Source of the DNA: the human T2T-CHM13v2.0 reference genome, Homo sapiens
DNA length: 64,000 bases
Strand: one strand, 5' to 3'
NCBI RefSeq assembly: GCF_009914755.1
Contig: NC_060935.1
Part shown: positions 55,431 through 64,000 of the stretch, in pieces
Layout of the letters: the number at the start of each line of letters is the position of its first letter
How positions within the stretch are numbered: the first letter of the stretch is position 1
Notes under the pieces: model-generated
The model's database searches: none
Told to the model about the DNA's origin: nothing
What the model saw: the letters and a program-made list of their open reading frames with translations, nothing else
Program-made: the position numbers and the translations under genes

Positions 55431-56707
55431 GTTGGCCTCTTCTTGGTGCTCATAGTCTTCTCTTTTATGTCATTGAGTTCATGGACTCTGTATTTGGTCA
55501 TTTCTCTAACTATGGCACATTATATAGCATAATCCCCATAGCAGATGGACAATAGGCATGTTTGAATCAATAAATGAAAGATAATAATAAAGAATAGAAA
55601 TAAGTAATATCTTTCTTACACTTTCATAAAGCTTTAAATTTTACACATTGTTAAATAGGCTTTTTGTTTATTTATGTGTGTGTTTTTGGTTTATTTTATA
55701 GATAAGTAAATGGAGGGTCAGAGACACTGTTGGTTACCCAAGATCGTATTCCAGATCACTGGTGAAGCCTGTTAGCAACTCCAAGCATTTGAGCTAGGAT
55801 CTGCTACTTCTCAACACTAGGCTACAGACATTCTCAGCAGTTATCATCTTACTGGGCTTAACAATAATGTACAAGGAACATAACTGCAAAGTGGGCTACT
55901 GTGTCTCACAAGATGAGAACAAAGGAAGTGCTGGAAGAGTTTCAAGTCTGGCTGCAGAAAGCTGGAAAGATGACAGTCTACTTGGGAAAATGATACAAAA
56001 TGTCTGAAAATTTAAGCAACTGCTCAAGACTCCTGTCTTATGAGGGAAAGGAGGCGGGCTCCCTCACAAGACATTAAGGCTGCCTGTGAGGGCTGTCACC
56101 AGTAGTGTTACTAAGTTAAGATCCTAATGTACAGTGTGGACACATGAGTGTTTCTCTTTCTTTTACAAATGCTGCTAAAGAACATGCCCATAGAGGATAT
56201 TTGCAACACCTTATAAACTAAACCTGACAATAGGAAAGACCATACAAAAAGTATGTACCTTTTAACTTTTTTCCCTTAAGAAAGAAGTTCTAGGTAAGGT
56301 AATCAGGTAAGAAATTATTCAAATAAAATTAGAAAAATCAAATATTGCTCTGGTTATACATGTAAAATAATTGCATTTATTCATTAAAATAATGCATTGT
56401 ATGTATTGATCCATCTATAATTTATGAGGCACTGGGCAACCTAATCATGAATTCACTCAGTCATTTATTGTGTCTGTTATTTCAACCCACATTATTGAAC
56501 TTCTGTTATGTGCAAAGCTGTGGCCAGGGTGTGGATTTCTCCATGGATAAGACATATTCTGTCCTAGAGAGGAGGCTAGAAAAACTACAGTTTAATGAGC
56601 AGATATTAGATGCTCTGTACTATGCTAAGAATTTTATGCACAGTATTTCATATGAAAATTGTAATAACTCTGTTAGGCAAGGCTTATTGTAATGTTCTTA
56701 GAGATGG

Positions 56708-57069
56708 TGTATTAGTCTGTTTTCACATGGATAATAAAGATAATGAGACTGGGTAATGTATAAAGAAAAAGAGGTTTAATGGACTCACAGTTCCACATGG
56801 CTGGGGAGGCCTCACAATCATAGTGGAAGGTGAAGGAGGAGCAAAGTCACATCGTACATGGTGGCAGGCAAGAGAGTGTGTGTAGGGAAACTGCCCTTTA
56901 TAAAGCCATCAGATCTCATGAGACTTATTCATTGCCACAAGAACAGCATGGGAAAAACCCACCTCCATGATTCAATTACCTCTCACTGGGTCCCTCCCAT
57001 GACACGTGGGGATTATGGGAGCTACAATTCAAGATGAGATTTGGATGGGGAAACAGCCAAGCCATATCA
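56708..57069 (-). mobile_element. THE1B-like solo LTR inside a MIR
   Basis: TGTATTAGTCTGTTTTCAC...GCCATATCA; TSD GATGG/GGTGG. Confidence 0.95.
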
Positions 57070-57189
57070 GGTGGGAAAATGAAAACTTAGAGAGCTGAAG
57101 TAAGTTGCATAATTCACTTAGAGTTGGTTAGTGGCACACCCAGACTGGAAATCCAGGTCTCTCAAATTGCAAGTCTTTAAGCCAAACCA

Positions 57190-57331
57190 TGGGGTAAACA
57201 GCTGAAAATTCTGCTAAGTTGCAAATTATGATTCAGCTTATCTGATACAGGGCCTAAGGTTCTGCTTTTCTAGTGAGTTGCCACATGATAACCATGTTTG
57301 TGGTCTATGAACCAAATTTTGAGCAGCAAGG
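57190..57331. mobile_element. hAT-Charlie MITE, MER5-like
   Basis: TGATTCAG...GGGCCTAAGGTTCTGCTTTTCTA...TTTGAGCAGCAAGG. Confidence 0.6.
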
Positions 57332-57485
57332 ATACAGAAGACCTACATATTCAACTCTTCCTTCCAAAAAAGGACCTAAATTTTACTCAGAGTTCTCTTC
57401 TCTCCCTCACTGCAGCCCATGTGACTCAATGGAGTCGGACCCTATGTCCATCTCCAACCTGAATCTTGGTCACTTTATTACTCTA

Positions 57486-57721
57486 ATATTTTATTTAATT
57501 TTAATTAAATTAATTTAAATAGCACTATGGTAGTTAATATAAATAGCCACAGTACTATTTAAGTTAAATTCATTACAATTAAGTAAAATAAAACTTTTAT
57601 TTCCTCAGTTGCTCCTGCAGCCTTAAAGTGTATAATAGCCATATCTGGCCAGTGGCTACTACATTGGCCAGTGCAGAATGCGGCATTTCCTTTTTGCAGA
57701 AAGTTCTATTGTGCAGCACTG
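57486..57721. mobile_element. hAT-Charlie MITE, MER3/MER33-like
   Basis: AATAGCCATATCTGGCCAGTGGCTAC...GCAGAAAGTTCTATTGTGCAGCACTG. Confidence 0.7.
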
Positions 57722-58124
57722 AAAGTTTAGAGTAAACATAGTAATTCAACTTCCATTATCTCAAAATCCTCTTTTTAAGAGCATGATACTCCCCTAGCAA
57801 CTACTATCAGCCAACACATGTATAGTTCAGCTAGACCGGCCCAATATGATTGAAGGACAGGACTAAAATCCTTGGTTAAGGGAGAGGTTTCCTCTCTCTT
57901 TCTTTACACACTAAATTAAACAAGGAAATGTGTATCTCCACTTGTTGTTGGCAGCCTCTGCGGCCTTCGGGTGAAAGGAGGACTTCTGGAGGGCAAAACA
58001 GAACCCCTGGTGGACTTGCAGTAGAACCTCACCTTCCTTTTTATTTATAGCTTCAGTGGTTATGAGCCCTGACAACAGTTAGTCTGCTTACATTACTAGA
58101 CAGACCCATTGTAGTAGAACAGAA

Positions 58125-61100
58125 AAAACAAAGCTAGATTGCAAAGACTGGAATAAATAACTAATTCTTTAATGTGTAGATATATTCACAAGCATCAAGA
58201 ACAATCAGAAAATTAGGACCTAATTAAAAGGACACAACAAGGTTCCTGTGACAGGCTCTGAAGAGATGGAGATGTATGATCAGTTACACTAAGAATTCAA
58301 AATAGCTGTGTAAAGGAAGCTCAGTGAGCTTCATGAAAACATCAAGAAACAATTTAAAAAATTATCAGAGAAATTTGACAGAGAGACTAAAATAATAATA
58401 AAGAAATCAAACAGAAATTCTAGAGCTGAAAAATATACTGAATGAAGTAAAAAATGCAATAGATAAAGCGTTTATCAGGCAGAAGAAAGAATCAGTGAAC
58501 TTGAATACAAGCTAGTTGAAAATTCACAGTCAGAAGGAAAAACAGAAAAAAGAATGAAAAGGACTCAAGAAGGCATATGAGACAAATGGAATAGCATCAA
58601 AAGAGCAAATTTTGGGGTTATTGGAGTTCAAGAGGGAGCAGAGACGAAAATAAGTAGGATATTTATTCAAAGAAACAATGAGAGAACAATTTTCAATCTT
58701 GGAAAAAGATATAAATAATCAGTAGAGGAAAGTTAAAGGTCATCATTCAGATTCAACCCAAATAAGCCTACTCCAAGACATATTATAACCAAATTCTCAA
58801 AGGCCAGACACAAAGAGTAGCTTCTGAAAGCAGCAAAAGAAGCAAATGACATATTTTTAAAATTCCAAAACAGCTGACAACAGGCTTCTCAGAAGAAATC
58901 TTGCAGGCCAAGAGGCAGTGAAATGATATATTCAGAGTTCTGAAGAAGAAAAAAAAAGCTGCCAACCAAGAATACTGTACCCAGCAAAAGTATCCTTCTG
59001 AAATGAAGGAAAAATAAGGACTTTCTCAGACAAACAAAAGCTGAGGAAATTCATCACCTCTAGACCTTTCTTACAAGAAATGCTAGAGAGAATTCTTCAA
59101 AGTGAAAGCAAAGGGTGCTAACATATGATAAGAAAATATCTGATGGTATAAAACTCACTAGTAAAAGTAAACATACAGACAAATTCAGAACGCTTTAATA
59201 CTGTAATCCTGGTGTGTAAACCACTTGTATCTTCAGTATGAAGACCAAAAGACAAAAATAACTACAATAATTTGTTGAGATAAGCAATATAAGATATAAA
59301 ATTTGATATCAGTAATTCAAAATATGGAGGGAAAATGGAGTTAAAGAGAACAGGTTTTTTTGTTTATTTTCCTTTTATTGAAATTAAAGTTAAGTTGTTA
59401 TCATTCTACTATAACTTGCTAAACTATAAGATTTCTTTATATGCCTCATCATAACCAAAAATGAAAATGTACAATAGATATACTAAAAATTAAAAGCAAA
59501 GACTCAAACATACTACAAAATACAATTATTTAACCATTAAAGAATACAGTAAGAAAGTAAGAAAGAAAGGGTCTAGAAAACTAATAATGAAATAGCAGTA
59601 GTAAGCCCTTACTTATTAATAATTACTTTGATTGCACATAGAATAAATTCTCTAATTAGAAAACACAGTGTGGCTAAATGGGTAATGCAAAAAGAGCTAA
59701 CTATATTCTATCTACAAGAGACTCACTTAACCTGTTAGGGTACACATAAAGTGAAGGGTGAAAAAGATATTTAATACAAATGGAAACAAAACAAGAGCCG
59801 AAGTAGCAATACTTTTATCAGGTAAAATAGACTTTAAGCCAAAAACTGTAAAAAGATGTAAAAAAGCCCATTATATAGTGATAAAGTTCTCGATACAGCA
59901 AGAGAATATAACAAGTGTAAATATATGTGCACCTAATGTGGGAACAATTTAATATAGAAAACAAATATTAATATACCTACAGGAAGATACAGACTTCGAT
60001 ATAATAATAGCAGGGAACACTTCACTTTCAGCAGTGAGTAGATTACCCAGATGGAAAATCAAAGAAACACTGGACTTGAACTGCAGTCTAGACCAAATAA
60101 ACCTAATAAATATTTACAGAAAATTCTATCCAAAGCTGCAGAATATACATTCTTCTGGATTGCATATAAAATATTCTCAAGAATAAACCATCTGTTAGGG
60201 CAAAAAACAAGCCTTAACAATTTTTTAAAAATCAAAATCATATCAAGTATCCATTCTGACTGCAATAAAACTAGAAATTTATAACAGGAGTAATTTTGGA
60301 AACTATACAAACACATGGAAATCAAACAATATGCTTCTGAATGACAAATAGGTCAATAAGAAATGTAAAATACGTTTAAAAATTTTTTTGAGATAAATAA
60401 AAATGGAAATACAACATTTTGAACCCTACGGAATACACCTAAAGCAGTGCTGAGAGGGAAGTTTACAGTAATAAACACTGACATCAAGAAAATACAATAA
60501 TTTCATATAAACAATCTAATAGTGTATCTCAAGGAAGCAGAAAAGCAAAAATGAAACAACCCCAAAATCAATAGAGGAAAAGAATGAATAAAGAAAAATA
60601 AGAAATAGAAACTAAAGAAGATCAATAATAAATTTTAAAAAATCAATGAGTTGGTTTTTTGAAAAGATATACAAAATCAACAAAACTTTAACAAGACTAA
60701 GAAAAAGAGAAGATCTAAATAAAGAAATCAGAAGTAAAAAAGGAGTCAGTACGAACTGATACTACAAAAATACAAATAATTATGAACAGATACATCCCAA
60801 ATTGAAAAATCATAAAAAAGTTGATAAATTTTTAGATATACAGCCTAACAAGAGAGGATCATAGAGAAATAGAAAACCCAAAGAGACCAATAATGAGTAA
60901 TGAGATTGAATCATTAATAAAAAGGCTCTCATCAAAGAAATCCAACAGTTTCATTGCTGAATTCTAACAAACATTTAAAGAGGAACTAATACCAATTATT
61001 CTCAAACTATTCCAAAAAATTGAAGGGAAGGCAATTATTCCAAACTCAATCTCTAAGGCAAGCATTACCCTGTGATATGGTTTGGCTGTGTCCCTACCCA

Positions 61101-63700
61101 AATCTCATCTTGAATTGTAGTTCCCATAATCCCTTTGTATTGTGGGAGGGACCTGGTGCGAGGTAATTGAATCATGGGGGCAGGTTTTCTCCTGTGCTAT
61201 TCTAGTGATAGTAAATAAGTGTCACAAGATCTGATGATTTTATAGAGGGCAGTTTTCCTGCACATGCTCTCTGGCCTGCCACCATGTAAGAACTGATTTT
61301 GTTCCTCCTTCACCCTCCGCCATGATTGTGAGGTCTCCCCAGCCATGTGAAACTGTGAGTCCATTAAACCTCTTTTTCTTTATAAATTACCTAGTCTCCG
61401 GTATTTCTTCATAGCACTATGAGAACGTAATAATACACCCGGATACCAAAAGCAAAGAAGAACACAATGAAAAGGAAACAAACAAGAACAGAAAACCACA
61501 GGTCAATATTCCTGATGAAGACAGATGCAAAAATTCTCAACAAAATATTCACAAACCAAATTTTGTAGTAGCACATTAAAAAGATCATCCACCATGATCA
61601 AGTGGGGTTTATTCTAGTGATGAAAGAGTGATTGAACATATGCAAATCAATGTGCATCATACATTATATTAATACAATCAAGAAGAAAAAACTTATGATT
61701 ATTTTATTATACACAGAAATTCAACATCCCTTTATGCTAAAAACTCTCAACAAATTAGGTATGGTAGGAATGTACCTCAACACAATTAATACCATATACC
61801 ACATCCAAAGCTAACATCACATAAGTAAGGGCAAGTAAAACGCATTTCCTATGAGATCTGGAAGAAGGCAAGGAAGCCCAATTTCATAATTTCTATTCAA
61901 AATAGTTCTGGAAGTACAAGTCAGGGCAATTCGTCAAGAGAAAGAAAAAAAGGTCATCCAAATTTGAAAGGAGGAAGTCAGATTATTCCTGTTTTCAGAT
62001 AACATAATCTTATACCTAGAAAACACTAAAGACTACACCAAAAACTACTACAACTAATAAACAAATTTAGTAAAGTTGCAAAATACAAAATCAACACAGA
62101 AAAGTATTTCTATATACTAACAGTTAACTACCTTAGAATGAAATAAAGAAGACAATCCCATTTGCAATCGTTACCAAAAATTTCTTAGGAATAAATTTAA
62201 CCAAAAAAGTGAAAAATTTATATGATAAAATTATAAAACATTGATAAAATAAATTAAAGAGGACACGAATAAAGAGAAAAATATTCATGGATTAGGAGAA
62301 TTAATATTGTTAAAATGTACATATAACAAAAAGCAATCTATAGATTTAATATAATCCCTGTGAAAATACCAATGCTATTATTTATAAAAGTAAAAAACAT
62401 CCTAAAATTTGTATGGAATCACAAAAGATCCTAAATAGTCAAAGTAATTATCTTGAGCAATAAGAACAAAGCTGGAGGCATCATACTTCCTGATTTCAAA
62501 ATATATTACAAAGCTATAATAACCAAGAGAGCATGCTACTGGCATAAAAACAGAAACATAGACAAATGGAGCAGAATAGAGTTCCCAGCAGTAAATTTAC
62601 ACATTTACAGTAAACAAATTTTCTATAAAGGTGCCAACGATACACACTGGGAAAAATGACAGTCTCTCTAGTAAATGGTGCTGGGATAACTGGATATCAA
62701 CAAGAAGAAAAATAAAACTAGACCTCTATCTATCACTATATACAAAAATCAAATCAAAATCAATTACAAATTTGAATGTAAGAACTGAAGTTATAAAATT
62801 ACTGGAAGAAAACAGGACAAACACTTTATAAGATTTGTTGGGGAAATGCTTTTTTTCAGAATAAGACCTCAAAAGCACAGGTAACAACAACAACAATAAC
62901 CAAATGGGAATGCATCAAACTGAAAAGCTTATGCAAAAGAAAGGAAACAATCAACAGAGTGAAGATACAACCTATAGAATGGAAGAAAATAGCTACAAAC
63001 TTACAAGAGGCTTATATGTAGAATACACAAAGAACTCAAACAATTCAACATAGTTAAAAAATCTGATTAAAAATGGGCAAAATATCTGAACACACATTTT
63101 TCAAATGAAGGTATACAAATGACCAACAGGTATATGGAAAAATGTTCAACATTACTAATCATCAGAGAAGTGTAAATCAAAACCAGGATGATATTAGCTC
63201 ACGCCAATTAGATTGGATTTTATCAAAAGAATAAAAAACAAGAAATGCTTGTGTGGATGTGGAGAACAGGGAATTTGTACACTATTGTTGAGAATGTAAA
63301 TAAGTACAGCCATCATGGACAACAGTATGGATCTTTCTCAAAAAAAACAAAAATAGAACTACCATATAGTCAAACAATCAATTCAAAGGAAATAAAATCA
63401 GTATGTGAAAGATATCTACAATCCCATGTTTTTGTAGCACTATTCACAAGAGCCAAAGTATGGAATGAACCTAAGTGTCTATCAGAGAATAAATATATTT
63501 TTTAAATTTTGTATATATACACAATTTAATACTATTCCATCATAAAAAATATGAAATTCTGTCATTCACTACCAACCAGATAAGCCTAGAGGGTATTATG
63601 TTAAGTGAAGTAAGCCAAGCATGGAAGAACAAATACTTAATGATCTCACACATTTGTGTTATCTAACAAAGTTGATTTTATAGACTTAGAGAATAGAACA
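58125..63700 (+). mobile_element. Old L1MA element (ORF1 through 3'UTR), disrupted
   Basis: EN remnants AEVAILLSGKIDFKPK and YTFFWIAYKIFSRINH; C-terminal NKAGGIILPDFKIYYKA; long inter-ORF region; 3'UTR cut at ~63700. Confidence 0.92.
61073..61437 (+). mobile_element. THE1C-like solo LTR in L1 ORF2
   Basis: TGATATGGTTTGGCTGTGTCCC...TAATACA; TSD CCCTG/CCCGG. Confidence 0.95.
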
Positions 63701-64000
63701 GGGATGTAGCTCAGCAAGATAGCTGACCAGACACAGCCAGGTAGAACAGCTGCTATGGAGGGACAAGGACAACTGGTGTGTTCCTAACAGATATTCCAAG
63801 AGAAGGCACTGGGAGTAGACGAAGGGAAGACACAGAAGCCGGGCTGAAGGGGAAGGAAGCTGGGAGTCCTTCATGGGGCTACCTCACAGTAGGACTCATT
63901 CTTAGCCCCCAGTGACTCAGAAAAATGAGTATGTTATGCTGGCAAGGAGCAACCTGCTCAATTCAACAAGAAGATGTAACTATCCTAAATATATGTGCAC
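63701..64000 (+). mobile_element. Start of a second, younger L1 (L1PA15/16-like 5'UTR) joined to ORF2 sequence; runs off the window
   Basis: CAAGATAGCTGACCAGACACAGCCAGGTAGAACAGCT parallels the 5' end of the minus-strand L1 at 12980-13013, followed by ATTCAACAAGAAGATGTAACTATCCTAAATATATGTGCAC (ORF2 EN, QQEDVTILNICA). Confidence 0.8.

Noticed and set aside
57505-57572. Imperfect hairpin (AATTTAAATAGCACTATGG ... CCACAGTACTATTTAAGTT) as a pre-miRNA
   Set aside because: AT-rich and explained by the internal palindromic structure of MER3/MER33-type MITEs

Overview
Primate, almost certainly human, non-coding genomic DNA (intergenic or deep intronic), AT-rich and mostly transposon-derived. I find no credible host protein-coding exon, RNA gene, or novel multi-gene system. 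Every ORF in the track that I can interpret is a remnant of L1, L2, Tigger1, Alu or an LTR, or is low-complexity noise. Content: three large old L1s (minus 5.85-13.0 kb; plus 44.8-52.3 kb; plus 58.1-63.7 kb), 13 Alus, about 10 MaLR solo LTRs (THE1/MST/MLT1, mostly with 5-bp TSDs), a full-length dead Tigger1, hAT MITEs, and many MIR/L2 relics. Best points for a second look: (1) a dense nested ERV LTR cluster at 26.9-29.5 kb, with an HML-6-type LTR3 inside an ERV1 LTR and an HERV-H LTR7 inside Tigger1; (2) a young 190-bp L1 3' end with ACG/A diagnostics and a perfect TSD at 37.07 kb; (3) an L1 5'UTR fused directly to ORF2 at the window end; (4) an L2 keeping its endonuclease region but apparently lacking the RT core; (5) a dispersed ~85-bp duplication whose second copy has grown an A-rich microsatellite. 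Subfamily names come from my recall of consensus sequences and need RepeatMasker/Dfam confirmation.
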